This document shows, in pieces, positions 43,189 to 53,728 of a DNA stretch of 64,000 nt. The notes under the pieces were generated by a model, which saw only the letters and a program-made list of their open reading frames with translations, ran no database searches and was not told the origin of the DNA. Every line of letters starts with the position of its first letter. Within the stretch, counting starts at the first letter, position 1. A program made the position numbers and the translations under genes. Origin of the DNA: Nitrospirales bacterium (lineage in GTDB: Bacteria > Nitrospirota > Nitrospiria > Nitrospirales > UBA8639); the NCBI GenBank assembly GCA_965203295.1, contig CBDBCZ010000019.1:1632001-1696000 (forward strand), given 5' to 3'.

Positions 43189-45186
43189 CTAAAGAAGTGA
43201 GAGCTGTTGGGGTTCTTGAGAATCCTTCGATCGTCGTTTTCGGTCTGGCACTACAATCGTTTCTTTGAGAGATTCATCTATCTCAGATAAAAATCGTGAA
43301 GCCTCACGTTCTCGGCGTTTGCCGAAGAGAAAACGGTTTCGGCAATACAACAGATGCACTCGTTCTTTCGCTCGTGTGAGACCGACATAGAATAATCGCC
43401 GTTCTTCTTCAAGGTCTGCATTCTCGTACGGCAGGCTCCCCTCCTCGACTCCACCCAATATCACTTCGGTAAACTCAAGTCCTTTGGCTGCATGGAGGGT
43501 CATGAGGGTAACAGCATCCGCACTTACGTCATAATCATCTGATTCTACGGACAGTGCCGTCTCTTCTAAGAACTTTTGTAAAGCCACAGGAGTCGACATT
43601 TCATCATGTTTTACTGCCAATGAACGTATGAGCAAGAACTCATTGTCATGCCGAGGGTCTTGCTCAACACGCCACTGCTTCAGACCTGTAGCTTCTGCAA
43701 CATACGCCACGAATTGCGAGAGTGTCTTCTCTTCCATACCTTGACGCATTTGTTCGAGCATATGCATCAATGCCGTAACCGACCTGACTTGCGATGTTGA
43801 TAGATTCGACGATCCTTTGAGTGTTTGATACAGCGACAGCTCTCGTTGCTCCGCTTCGGCCTCAAGTGCGGTTTGAGTTTGAGAGCCTATTCCCCGAGGT
43901 GGGCAATTCAGGACTCGACTAAGACTGATATCATCATCGAGCTTTTGGATCAGCAAAAGGTAGGCCAATAGATCCTTGACGACCTTCCTGTCAAAAAATC
44001 GCGTTTCTCCAATAACACGAAAAGGAATGCCTGATTTGGCGAAGGCTTCTTGCAGTGGCTTACCCAATGCATGCAGCCGGAACAGCACTGCAAAGTCACG
44101 AAAGCTTCGTTGTCGTTGACTCACGGTGTCATGCACTTTTCCTCTGTAATGCTGGTAATGACTGGTCCCACCGACATGTTCTTCTATTTCACGTACAACC
44201 CACGCAGCTTCAGCCTGTTCATCAGGGAAACTCATCACCTGGATCGGCAAGCCTTCGACATTGTCTGTTTGCAAGGAGATGGCTATCCGAGATGTGTTGT
44301 GTGCGATGACTTGTGATGCGGCCGCAGCGATTTGTGGAGTAAAGCGATAACTTTTTTCTAGACGGATGACTCGGGCATCGGGAAATTCTTTCTCAAATCG
44401 GGGAAAGTTCTCAGATTGCGCTCCTCTGAAGGCATAAATAGCCTGGTCGCTATCACCGACAGCCCACAAGTTGGCCCTCTCGCCAACCAAAAATCGCAAC
44501 AAGTTGTACTGCAAAGGATTGACATCTTGATATTCATCGACAGCCACATAGACGAATTTGTCTTGGAAGTGTTGTCGAACCTCAGGAAAGTTTTCAAGAA
44601 GTTGTACCGCCAAGAGCAGCAATTCATCGAAGTCGAGCAGCCCTTGTTTTCGCAATCGTTTCTGGTATGCCTCGTAGATTTCTTGTAAACCTTGGGCAGC
44701 TAGCTGTGACTGAATGTGTGTGCCTTGATTTCGTAACGTTGATAGATCTTGAAGTGTTCGTTGCGCGTTCGCACGGCTATCTTGGCAGCCCAATTGTCTG
44801 AGCACATATTGCATCGTGCTCACCTGGTCTCGACGATCACAAACACCAAAATCTTTAGGTAGCTCGAGACAATCCCCTTTGTCACGAAGTAATTGAAGGC
44901 AGAAGCTGTGGAAGGTTCCTAGACAGACTTGATGAGCCGTGTCACCCACCGCCTGCTCCAGTCGCTCTCGCATCTCTCGTGCAGCTCTCGTCGTAAACGT
45001 CACCGCGAGGAGGGATGCTGGCAGGGCCTCGCACGCGCGAAGCAAATAGGCTAAACGAACTGTTAGGGTTCGAGTCTTCCCAGTGCCTGGACCGGCCACG
45101 ACCAACACTGGGCCTTCCAGTTCTAAGACAGCTTCTCTTTGTGACGCATTAAGGGTATCGAATAATGGGTGGGTTTCGACGCTCAC
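43189..45186 (-). CDS. UvrD/PcrA-like SF1 helicase
   Basis: AGPGTGKT, TFT, VDEYQD, VGDSDQAIY, TLHAAKGLEF, EERRLFYVGLTRA. Confidence 0.93.
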   Translation of the reverse strand: MSVETHPLFDTLNASQREAVLELEGPVLVVAGPGTGKTRTLTVRLAYLLRACEALPASLLAVTFTTRAAREMRERLEQAVGDTAHQVCLGTFHSFCLQLLRDKGDCLELPKDFGVCDRRDQVSTMQYVLRQLGCQDSRANAQRTLQDLSTLRNQGTHIQSQLAAQGLQEIYEAYQKRLRKQGLLDFDELLLLAVQLLENFPEVRQHFQDKFVYVAVDEYQDVNPLQYNLLRFLVGERANLWAVGDSDQAIYAFRGAQSENFPRFEKEFPDARVIRLEKSYRFTPQIAAAASQVIAHNTSRIAISLQTDNVEGLPIQVMSFPDEQAEAAWVVREIEEHVGGTSHYQHYRGKVHDTVSQRQRSFRDFAVLFRLHALGKPLQEAFAKSGIPFRVIGETRFFDRKVVKDLLAYLLLIQKLDDDISLSRVLNCPPRGIGSQTQTALEAEAEQRELSLYQTLKGSSNLSTSQVRSVTALMHMLEQMRQGMEEKTLSQFVAYVAEATGLKQWRVEQDPRHDNEFLLIRSLAVKHDEMSTPVALQKFLEETALSVESDDYDVSADAVTLMTLHAAKGLEFTEVILGGVEEGSLPYENADLEEERRLFYVGLTRAKERVHLLYCRNRFLFGKRREREASRFLSEIDESLKETIVVPDRKRRSKDSQEPQQLSLL

Positions 45187-45188
45187 GG

Positions 45189-46475
45189 TTAGAACAACGT
45201 CATTTGTGGCTTGTCAGTTTGGCGATTTTCTGGTTCAAGTAAGCGAACCTTCCCATACTCCCCATCATAGCCTGGGGCGATATTCACTTGGCCAGCACGC
45301 ATCCGTTCAATCGCTGTAGCTAGGAGATTGCCCCCAGCCTCTTTAATGTCGGCAATGGGAACATCCATAAGAATGAAGAGTTCGTTCCCTAAGCTCGCCA
45401 GCAGACGCGTATAAACTTCGTTCACAGATTTCGCCTGAACCCCAGTGCCGTTGATTTCGGCAATCAATTCGACCAAAGGCACCAAGCTCCAGTAGGACAG
45501 GGCATTTTCTGGACGGTATCCTGTTGGCTGATCCGCTAAGACTTCCACTCGATGCATCACTCCCACTGTCACTGGCTTGCCACACTCAGGACACAGTTGA
45601 TTGTGTTTGCGGGTTTCATCGGGCGTCAGACGCACCTTGCAGGCGCGATGACCGTCATAGTGATATTTCCCTTCTTCTGGAAAGAACTCTATCGTCCCAA
45701 GAAACTGAGTTGAGTCGCCGCTGGTAAAGGCCCCTATAATGTCCTTAAAGGACAGGCTTGTATTCAGGACGTTCGCCTCTCGGCCAAGCTTGCTGGGGGA
45801 ATGGGCATCAGAATTGGAGATCAGGGTCACTCCTTCCAATTGGCTTAGACGCCAGTTCATAGGTGGATCTGACGAGAGGCCGGTTTCAATAACCTTGATA
45901 TGAGGGGTCAGCTCGCCGAAGCATTCCTCTAAAGAATCAAAGCCGGAGTTTGCTCCGAATACGGAGAAGTGGGGCGTCCATGCATGAGCTGGAATCAACA
46001 AAGCTTCTGGTGCGCGCTCCAGCACAATATGGAGCAGCTCTTCGCTATCGAGTCCGAGAATCGGGCGTCCATCAGCCTGCAAGTTGCCAATACGCGCCAG
46101 TTTGTCAGTTATACTGGCCACGGCCGTGAAGCTGGGCGCCAGAATGAGGTTATGCACCTTTCGGGTTCGTTCGCCGCGTTTATAGATGCTGCTGATCTCC
46201 GACGTGAGCATGAACCGCACTTCAGCTCGACAAGATTCAGGCACCTCGGGATCGACTTGTTTGGCAAGTTCTGGTTTGAGGCCATACAGGCCTGGCTCAG
46301 CAGGCTCGAGTTTGTCTTGTAGCTCCGCGAACCAGGCAGGATGTGTGAAGTCCCCAGTGCCGATGACCTTGATGCCTTTTAACTGAGCCCAACGGTAAAG
46401 GCTCTCCGGCACCATGTCTTTACTGACAGCCCTGGAATAGCGGGAGTGAATGTGAAGGTCGGCTATGAATGGCAC
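45189..46475 (-). CDS. Endonuclease Q family (PHP domain plus zinc finger)
   Basis: DLHIHSRYS, GTGDFTHP, PAHAWTP, ETGLSSD, NSDAHS, GKYH, CPECG, PGYDGEYG. Confidence 0.9.
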   Translation of the reverse strand: MPFIADLHIHSRYSRAVSKDMVPESLYRWAQLKGIKVIGTGDFTHPAWFAELQDKLEPAEPGLYGLKPELAKQVDPEVPESCRAEVRFMLTSEISSIYKRGERTRKVHNLILAPSFTAVASITDKLARIGNLQADGRPILGLDSEELLHIVLERAPEALLIPAHAWTPHFSVFGANSGFDSLEECFGELTPHIKVIETGLSSDPPMNWRLSQLEGVTLISNSDAHSPSKLGREANVLNTSLSFKDIIGAFTSGDSTQFLGTIEFFPEEGKYHYDGHRACKVRLTPDETRKHNQLCPECGKPVTVGVMHRVEVLADQPTGYRPENALSYWSLVPLVELIAEINGTGVQAKSVNEVYTRLLASLGNELFILMDVPIADIKEAGGNLLATAIERMRAGQVNIAPGYDGEYGKVRLLEPENRQTDKPQMTLF

Positions 46476-46601
46476 ACCGATGTCCTTAAATTGCGCGCAA
46501 GCTTACTCTGTGTTTGGCATCAGGGCAAGAGGTGATGAAATAACCTACTCGCGAGGTCGAAAGATGATGAGTATAATAGCGATCATCGTCTGGTAGGGAA
46601 A

Positions 46602-46650
46602 TTTCAAGTTTAAGGTTTCGAGTTTGGAGTTTAAAGTTTCAGATTTAAAG
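46602..46650. repeat. Seven degenerate heptamer units (TTTNRRR)
   Basis: TTTCAAG TTTAAGG TTTCGAG TTTGGAG TTTAAAG TTTCAGA TTTAAAG. Confidence 0.75.
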
Positions 46651-46681
46651 ATCCGAGTTTCTCGTTCACAGTTCCGCTTTG

Positions 46682-47004
46682 TCGGGTTTCGCCCCGGCAG
46701 TGGAGGTCCTTTTGTTTCGGCAAAAGGGACTGTTCAAAAAGCTTCATCCAGCAAGGCCCGCAGGCCGCGAGGAGGACGAGGCGTACACGTGAGTACGTTG
46801 AGGACTCCGAGCCACGAGAACGCCGCTGGTGGACTTTTTCAACAGTCCCTTAAAGGACTCAAAACCATTTCCGCTCATGCGTGGCCCTGCGGGTCTCCTT
46901 CGTCACAGCACCGAATCACATGGCTGCGAAACTCGCTCTGCTCAGACAGTCCTCGCCGAACTGTCGGATTCGGCGCTGTGACTCAGCCACGCGCAAAGCG
47001 GAAC
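46682..47004 (+). repeat. Dispersed palindromic repeat A, copy 1 (interrupted by MITE B)
   Basis: Colinear with the reverse complement of 56387-56708 (e.g. GGCCCTGCGGGTCTCCTTCGTC, ACAGTCCTCGCCGA). Confidence 0.85.
46724..46851 (+). mobile_element. MITE B, copy 1
   Basis: TIRs AAGGGACTGTTCAAAAAG / CTTTTTCAACAGTCCCTT; core GAGCCACGAGAACGCCGCTGG. Confidence 0.85.
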
Positions 47005-47061
47005 AAAAAAAGAACAGATTTATTTTTAAACCTTTAACGTGGATCCATCTTGCAAGATAGG

Positions 47062-47094
47062 CCTGGATACCCGCTTACGACCGCAGGCATGACG
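47062..47094. repeat. REP-like element (GTCAT..CGC/GCG..ATCCAG type); further copies at 56303-56335 and 56736-56768
   Basis: CCTGGATACCCGC...GCAGGCATGACG and two similar copies. Confidence 0.65.
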
Positions 47095-47125
47095 ACCTAA
47101 ATACTCTGTTTAAATTCAGGTTTTT

Positions 47126-48136
47126 ATGGATTACCGAAATTTAGGAAGAACCGGCGTCAAGGTGAGTGAATTGTGTCTCGGATGTATGATGTTCGGCAAT
47201 CAAACTTCTGAAGCCGATTCCGCCACAATCATTGATCGAGCCCTAGACGCAGGGATCAACTTCTTGGACACAGCCAACGTCTACAATAAAGGGAAAAGCG
47301 AAGAAGCCGTCGGCAAGGCACTTAAGCAAAATGGGAAGCGGTCACGAATCGTTCTGGCCACGAAGGTTCATGGCACGATGGATAAAACGGATCCCAACGC
47401 CAGGGGAAATAGCCGGCGGCATCTTCTCAATCAATGCGAAGCCTCTCTTAAACGTCTCCAAACTGATTACATTGACCTCTATCAAATCCACCGACCTAGC
47501 GCCGACACCCCTATGGATGAAACCCTTCGAGCGTTAGATGACCTGATCAGATCAGGTAAGATCTGCTACATTGGCACCACCACCTATGCAGCCTGGCAGG
47601 TCCTTGAAACCCTTTGGATTTCGAAAGAATTTGGCATTAATCGCGTAGTCTCGGAGCAACCACCTTATAACCTCCTAGACCGCCGGATCGAACAAGAGTT
47701 AGTCCCCATGGCCCAAACCTATGGTCTCGCTCTTCTCCCTTGGTCTCCCCTCGCCGAGGGGTTTCTCACCGGGAAATACCGTCAAGAGAAAAGATTTCCT
47801 CAAGGCGCTCGACTGACCAATGATGAGCCCTGGTTCAGTCGGCATTTCACTGACCCAGCATTCCAGGTGTTGAGCACAGTCGAAAGTCTGGCTACGAAGA
47901 AAGGTTGTACCCCAAGCCAATTGTCCCTTGCCTGGTGCGGGCAGCAACCTGGAGTGACCAGCCCTATTATTGGGCCAAGAACCCTTGAGCAATTAGAGGA
48001 CAATCTTGGCTCAATAAAAGTTGAAGTGTTACATGAAGATCGCAAACGGATAGATCAGGTCTCTCAACCTGGCCAAATGATTGTCCCCTATTATGAAGCG
48101 AACTTTGGGCCTCATGAATTTTCCTGGTTTTCATGA
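47126..48136 (+). CDS. Aldo/keto reductase
   Basis: GINFLDTANVY, LATK, SLKRLQTDYIDLYQIH, WSPL. Confidence 0.93.
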   Translation: MDYRNLGRTGVKVSELCLGCMMFGNQTSEADSATIIDRALDAGINFLDTANVYNKGKSEEAVGKALKQNGKRSRIVLATKVHGTMDKTDPNARGNSRRHLLNQCEASLKRLQTDYIDLYQIHRPSADTPMDETLRALDDLIRSGKICYIGTTTYAAWQVLETLWISKEFGINRVVSEQPPYNLLDRRIEQELVPMAQTYGLALLPWSPLAEGFLTGKYRQEKRFPQGARLTNDEPWFSRHFTDPAFQVLSTVESLATKKGCTPSQLSLAWCGQQPGVTSPIIGPRTLEQLEDNLGSIKVEVLHEDRKRIDQVSQPGQMIVPYYEANFGPHEFSWFS

Positions 48137-48159
48137 GGTAAATCCTATTTTTATCTGAG

Positions 48160-48862
48160 ATGAAACAACTCATGTCGAACCATCAAACAAGTCTTTTTAA
48201 AAACAGAGGATTCCATAAACAATTTCAAGGAGCAGTCCTCTTCATTGCCCTTTTGGTTCTATGTGTGAGTCACTCATAAACCCTGGGATATTGACCAATA
48301 CATTCAAGCACTGGAGCGGTCAGAACGAGACGAGTACCAGAAACCAGAAGAGGTGATCAAAACTCTAGAGTTAAAAACGGGGATGGCCGTAGCCGATATC
48401 GGTTCTGGGTCAGGCTACTTCACCCAGCGATTTGCGCAGGCTGTAGGGCAGGAAGGAAAAGTGCTAGCTGTGGATGTGGAAGCAGAAATGCTGGAATATA
48501 ACCGCGCGCATATAGCCGACATGGGGCTACCCTCCCCAACGGAATTTATTCTGGCCGAACCCAACGACCCTTTGCTCCCACCGAAGAATGCTGATCTCAT
48601 TTTCCTTTGCAATGTCTACCATCATATCGAAAACCATATGGCCTATTTCGCGAAACTCCAACCAGCACTTTCTGATAACGGTCGCATTATCATTATCGAT
48701 TTTTATCATGATGAACGATCTGGAAAACTCGGTTTTTCTAAACATCACCTCGTTCCACGAGAAAGGGTGATCAGAGAACTTCAAGGAGCAGGGTTTTCCT
48801 TTCTCAAAGAACACACATTCCTGCCAAAACAATATTTCCTTGAATTTACGGCATCATCATAA
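48160..48862 (+). pseudogene. Class I SAM methyltransferase with its N-terminal leader out of frame (break near 48268)
   Basis: Hydrophobic leader ends in TAA; HKPWD...ERDEYQKPEEV...VADIGSGSGYFT lies in another frame. Confidence 0.65.
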
Positions 48863-48902
48863 TCAAGGCGCTTCCACCTTCATGGGACTTTCTCGCGGCA
48901 TT

Positions 48903-49229
48903 TCATGAATCAACAAGATCTGCCTCACAATTCCAGCCCTCGCCAGAGAGAACTTCCAGGGTTTGGGCTAGTTGCTTGGGCTTCACTGTTCCGTCGGTGA
49001 TCATAAGGGCCTGTCCCTTTTGACTCTTGAGATCGACAATTTGTACTCCTTGAACTTTTTTCAGGGCTTCTTCAACAGCGCCAAGGTAGAATTCACAATT
49101 CTCGCCACCTAGTGTGAGATTGACTTTTGTCGGAAGACGACTCTCCTCCTGACTTTCTCCACATCCCCAACTCACTATCATAGCTATTCCAAGAAGAATA
49201 CATCTGAGGTTGACCCTCTTGGATCTCAT
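48903..49229 (-). CDS. HMA-fold lipoprotein
   Basis: Lipobox SWGC; GGENCEFY..AVEEALKKVQGV. Confidence 0.65.
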   Translation of the reverse strand: MRSKRVNLRCILLGIAMIVSWGCGESQEESRLPTKVNLTLGGENCEFYLGAVEEALKKVQGVQIVDLKSQKGQALMITDGTVKPKQLAQTLEVLSGEGWNCEADLVDS

Positions 49230-49343
49230 AGTTCCCTCCCGCACATGCAAAAATGAAACTGGTTGATAACTCATTCTTAACCTTCATGACCGAGACTCAG
49301 TCTCTTCTTGCTCTGCAGCCATGATCATGCGACACTGATTTCT

Positions 49344-50294
49344 ATGGTTTCGAACATGCTTTCGCACCAATCGTTAAAGCGACGACTGTCTCTCGGGCTG
49401 GCCATTAATGCCTTCATCATTGTGGGTGAATTTGTCGGAGGATACTTTATCAACAGCATCGGCCTTATGAGTGATGCTGGTCACAATTTGATTGATCAAG
49501 GTTCCCTGTTCCTTGCCCTCTATGCTCACATCCTAGCCGCAAAACCGGCCACAGAGGACAGGACCTTTGGGTATCATCGAGCTGGGATAGTTGCCGCCTT
49601 CGTGAACGGGTTTCTCCTCCTATTCACAGCTGGTGTGCTTGGATATCTCGCCGTCAGCCGCTTGGTGACCTCTGTGCCTGTATCCGGAAGTTGGGTAATC
49701 GCGATAGCCTTGTTAAGTTTTTTAGCCAATTTAGGAGTCGCCCTCTTGCTCAAACAGGAAGCCAAGGACGATCTGAACGTCAAAGGCGCATACTGGCACA
49801 TGCTTGCTGACGCTTGGGTATCTTTAGGCGTCGTAGCATGCGGAGTCTGCATTCTGTTCACTGGTTGGACAGGTCTCGACCCCATCATCAGCTTGATCAT
49901 TGTGGTAGTCATCGTCAAAGGGGCGTGGCCCATTTTTCGTGAATCCTTGGATGTGTTACTGGAATCCACACCTCCTGGAATAAAGACGGCCCATGTGGTT
50001 AAGGCCATTGAACACGTGCAAGGGGTCAAAAACGTTCACGACCTACATATTTGGGCAGTCGAACCCCGATTAGTCATGTTGACCTGTCACGTCATGGTCG
50101 AAGAAGACCGTGCACATCTGAAGGATGAATTATTAAGTAGCATTCGAAATGCTGTCGCTTCCGAGTTTGGGATTCACCATCTGACCATTCAAATGGAAAC
50201 CCAATGCGCTCAGACCGAAGAGGTCCACTGTGATTTGAATCAGTTGACGAATGGAGCCCACCCCTTAGAAGCCCGCTCCTATCATTCTCACTAA
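49344..50294 (+). CDS. Cation diffusion facilitator (CzcD-like)
   Basis: SDAGHNLID, TFGYHR, HMLAD, VHDLHIW, HLTIQME. Confidence 0.92.
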   Translation: MVSNMLSHQSLKRRLSLGLAINAFIIVGEFVGGYFINSIGLMSDAGHNLIDQGSLFLALYAHILAAKPATEDRTFGYHRAGIVAAFVNGFLLLFTAGVLGYLAVSRLVTSVPVSGSWVIAIALLSFLANLGVALLLKQEAKDDLNVKGAYWHMLADAWVSLGVVACGVCILFTGWTGLDPIISLIIVVVIVKGAWPIFRESLDVLLESTPPGIKTAHVVKAIEHVQGVKNVHDLHIWAVEPRLVMLTCHVMVEEDRAHLKDELLSSIRNAVASEFGIHHLTIQMETQCAQTEEVHCDLNQLTNGAHPLEARSYHSH

Positions 50295-50299
50295 AATTC

Positions 50300-50866
50300 T
50301 CATTTCCCTGACACGGAGCGTCCAGAAACATTTTGGAAGGGAGCCAGTTTGATGACCCTCATGGCAAGAATGGCAACTGCCATTCCCAACATCCCGCCAA
50401 TAGCCCATCCTGCTATGACATCGGTGACATAATGAGCACCAAGGTACACGCGAGAAATACCGATTAATCCTACCAGAGGCCAAATAAACCAACTCGTTGA
50501 AGGATACAGTGTCGAGAAAAATGCTGCCGCAGCAGCTGAGTTAACGGCATGGTTGGAAGGCATGCTAAGGGTACCGCCACATCCAATAATTTCATTCATA
50601 TTCATCAACACTTGGCACGGCCGTGGCCGTCCAAAAAACCATTTCAGTTGTCCTCCGACGAAATCGCTAAGCCCGATAAGAATCCCCACTGCTGGGATTC
50701 CAATGACGGCTTCTTGCTGTTTGGTCCAAATCCAGTATCCGGTTAATAACAAAATCGGCAAGAGAAGATTCTCTTCACGTGACAGTTGGATCATGGCCCA
50801 ATCTAATATCTCCCAACGGCCAGCCAATCCATTTATCTGTTTAAATAGGGCTAAATCCCAATCCAT
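50300..50866 (-). CDS. PAP2-family phosphatase
   Basis: K....RPRP, SMPSNHA, SRVYLGAHY..DV. Confidence 0.9.
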   Translation of the reverse strand: MDWDLALFKQINGLAGRWEILDWAMIQLSREENLLLPILLLTGYWIWTKQQEAVIGIPAVGILIGLSDFVGGQLKWFFGRPRPCQVLMNMNEIIGCGGTLSMPSNHAVNSAAAAAFFSTLYPSTSWFIWPLVGLIGISRVYLGAHYVTDVIAGWAIGGMLGMAVAILAMRVIKLAPFQNVSGRSVSGK

Positions 50867-50964
50867 TCTTATTCCTTTCTTATTCCTTAGAACAATCAAT
50901 CCTGTTATCCCCTTTCAGAAATATGCTAGGATCTGCCCCGCTTTGTGGAAAGATGAACTCTGCC

Positions 50965-51744
50965 ATGTTGATAGATAGTCATGTACATCTTGATGATGCG
51001 CGGTACGATCATGACCGCGATGCGGTCTTTACCAGGGCCAAAGAGGCTGGAGTTGAAGCCTTTATTACTATTGGGTGCGATCTTGTCACCAGCCAGTCAG
51101 CCGTTGCCCTCGCTAACCGCCATGCCGAAGTCTATGCCACCGTGGGGGTGCATCCCCATGAGGTCAAGCTGATTGAAGAACCGTGGTATCCGGAATTGAA
51201 ACAACTCGCCCAGAATCCCAAAGTAGTGGCCTATGGGGAAATTGGCCTGGATTACCACTACGATCACTCCCCTCGCGAGGTGCAACGCCAACGATTTCGT
51301 GAGCAAGTTCAGATAGCCCGGGAATTAGGGCTCCCCATCGTCGTCCATACCCGCGAAGCCCAAGAAGATACGATCACCATCCTCCGAGAAGAACATGCCG
51401 ACGAGATCGGTGGGGTCTTTCATTGCTTCTCAGGAGACACCTGGCTCGCCAAAGATGCCTTGGACCTTGGATTTTTCCTTTCCTTCTCCGGAGTGATTAC
51501 ATTCAAGAATGCGGCCATGCTTCGTGAGATCGTTCGAACGGTTCCTCTTGATCGTCTATTGATTGAAACTGACGGTCCATACTTGACTCCTGTTCCCCAC
51601 CGAGGGAAACGAAATGAGCCTTCTTTTGTGAAGCATGTCATTGAAACTATCGCAGAAATAGTTGGTCGTCACGACCCTTTATCCTTGGAAGAACTCGCTG
51701 AGACGACGGTCGCCAACACGAAACGCCTTTTTAAAGTCCCCTAA
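50965..51744 (+). CDS. tatD: TatD-family DNase
   Basis: DSHVH, GVHPH, GEIGLDY, HTREA, HCFSG, ETDGPY. Confidence 0.93.
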   Translation: MLIDSHVHLDDARYDHDRDAVFTRAKEAGVEAFITIGCDLVTSQSAVALANRHAEVYATVGVHPHEVKLIEEPWYPELKQLAQNPKVVAYGEIGLDYHYDHSPREVQRQRFREQVQIARELGLPIVVHTREAQEDTITILREEHADEIGGVFHCFSGDTWLAKDALDLGFFLSFSGVITFKNAAMLREIVRTVPLDRLLIETDGPYLTPVPHRGKRNEPSFVKHVIETIAEIVGRHDPLSLEELAETTVANTKRLFKVP

Positions 51745-52282
51745 GCCTTCGATTTCGCTGACGTTGAGCTTTCGGTAATTTTTTGGGATTTCCTTTCTTA
51801 TCGACTCGGCGAAGTGGAAAATCGCTATCTTCTTTCTCTGTGACCTTATGTCTTTTCAGACCTATATTCTTGGAGATAGATCTGCCTTGGAAAGCGGCCC
51901 TAAGCTTGACGTGAAATTCCTGTGAAGTCAAAACCAACGCACCATGATCCTTTGCACAATTCACAATTTCATGATCTGACGAGACGATCGCACAATCACT
52001 CTGAAATTGACGAGCCAAACGCTTAATGACGGCATCAGCTTGCTCCCCACTACGAGAAAACACCACTTCGACACCTGCTCGATGTTCTCGTGATCCTACA
52101 GCACCCGGAGAACGCCAGGCATCAAACACCACCGTCAGGGGATGCCCCTTTATTTGTCCATAGAGTGAAAGCTCTTTTATTAACTCTTCACGAAGTTTTT
52201 CACCTTCCTGGTGATTGGGTAGGCCACTTCTCCCCCTGACACCAAGGAGATTGTAGCCATCAATGATCAGGTGAACAGGCAT
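51731..52282 (-). CDS. NYN-domain (YacP/Rae1-like) protein
   Basis: IIDGYN, VVFD, ADAVI, VSSD. Confidence 0.85.
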   Translation of the reverse strand: MPVHLIIDGYNLLGVRGRSGLPNHQEGEKLREELIKELSLYGQIKGHPLTVVFDAWRSPGAVGSREHRAGVEVVFSRSGEQADAVIKRLARQFQSDCAIVSSDHEIVNCAKDHGALVLTSQEFHVKLRAAFQGRSISKNIGLKRHKVTEKEDSDFPLRRVDKKGNPKKLPKAQRQRNRRLRGL

Positions 52283-52395
52283 GATGAAACGAAACGCTAT
52301 CGTAGAGAGTATTCCCTGTCAACGTAGACAGATGGGAACCCTCCCTTGACAAGTCATACGCCATCTGAGAAAAAAATAAAGAAGATTCATCTTTT

Positions 52396-53658
52396 ATGAT
52401 TTCTATTCTGCGAATTGCCCTTATCGGGTCCCTCATTTTCCCTCTCGGTTACCTGTCCGCTGGTGGATTCTCTTCTCCTCCTATCCCTATCTTGTTGAAG
52501 GAACAGCCTTCTTCGCCAGTTCATTTGATCAAACGAAAGAAAAGCCGAAATCCCTCCCCGACCCTGGTCAAGAACTTACGGTATCATGCCTATCCCACCT
52601 ATACTCGCTTGGTATTCGATTTGCCGGCTCGCGTTACGTTCAAGGAAAAAACGCAGCGAAAATCCAAGAAAGTGATCATCTCGCTTCATCATGCCACGTT
52701 GAGCAAAAAGGCAAACCGCAAGTTACAAGAAAAAAACTTCCCCAAAGGCGTTCACATCACGAAGGCTAATAAGCACACGATCAATGTCACGCTCGACCTC
52801 AAAGTGATCAAATCGTACAAACTCAGAACCTTCAAGAAGCCACATCGCATAGTCCTCGATATCTACCCTCATAAAGGGAAAAAGAGCACGACTAAACGCA
52901 CCGTTAAAGCGGCACCGCGATCGCCTAAAACGGCCAAGGCCGTGGCCCTTCCCGCCCCAGCAACAAAGCGTCCTCAAGATTTACTGATCGTGATTGATCC
53001 TGGCCATGGGGGGAAAGATCCTGGAGCTCTTGGGAAAAAGAGAACCAAGGAAAAGACCATTACTCTGAAAATTTCTAAAAAACTCAGAGAATTAATTCGG
53101 AAACGCATCGGCGCACGTGTTTTATTGACCAGAGAAAAGGATAAATTCCTTGAGCTGGAGGAACGAGTTGAGATCGCTAATCGTAAAAAGGCGGATGTGT
53201 TTATCTCCATTCACGTCAATTCGCATCCCAAAAAGAGCATCAGAGGCTTAGAAGTCTATCATTTTGGAAAAGCCAGTGACCCACGAGCGCTCGAGGTAGC
53301 AGCGAGAGAGAATGGAACTCCGTTGGGTGATAATGCACCTACCTGGCAATTTATCTTAGCTGATAAACTCACTGATCAAAAAATTGATGAATCCCGTGAC
53401 TTCGCCTGGACGACCCGGGCTTCCCTCGTAGCCCGCCTTCAGAAACACTATAAAGTCAAAGATCACGGTGTGAAAACCGCACCATTCTATGTGCTTCGCT
53501 TTACAACCATGCCAGGAATTTTGGCCGAAGTCGCATTCGTATCCAATCCCACAGAAGAGAACCGACTCCGCAGCAAGACCTATCAAAATCGGATGGCGGA
53601 AGGAATTTTTGATGGGATCAACGCGTACATCAAATCTGGCCTTCTCTCCCTTTCGTAA
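52396..53658 (+). CDS. amiC: N-acetylmuramoyl-L-alanine amidase with AMIN domain
   Basis: TRLVFD, RIVLDI, IDPGHGGKDPGA, SIHVN, LAEVAFVSN. Confidence 0.88.
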   Translation: MISILRIALIGSLIFPLGYLSAGGFSSPPIPILLKEQPSSPVHLIKRKKSRNPSPTLVKNLRYHAYPTYTRLVFDLPARVTFKEKTQRKSKKVIISLHHATLSKKANRKLQEKNFPKGVHITKANKHTINVTLDLKVIKSYKLRTFKKPHRIVLDIYPHKGKKSTTKRTVKAAPRSPKTAKAVALPAPATKRPQDLLIVIDPGHGGKDPGALGKKRTKEKTITLKISKKLRELIRKRIGARVLLTREKDKFLELEERVEIANRKKADVFISIHVNSHPKKSIRGLEVYHFGKASDPRALEVAARENGTPLGDNAPTWQFILADKLTDQKIDESRDFAWTTRASLVARLQKHYKVKDHGVKTAPFYVLRFTTMPGILAEVAFVSNPTEENRLRSKTYQNRMAEGIFDGINAYIKSGLLSLS

Positions 53659-53728
53659 CTGCTTCTCCCTCTCACGTTTAGGTATAATATATCATAGCGA
53701 TTCATAGTGAACGTGCCTGCCTTTCCAT

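Noticed and set aside
46624..47037. ORFs 46624-47037 and 56314-56676 sharing SHENAAGGLFQQ
   Set aside because: Translations of non-coding repeats whose modules occur in different order
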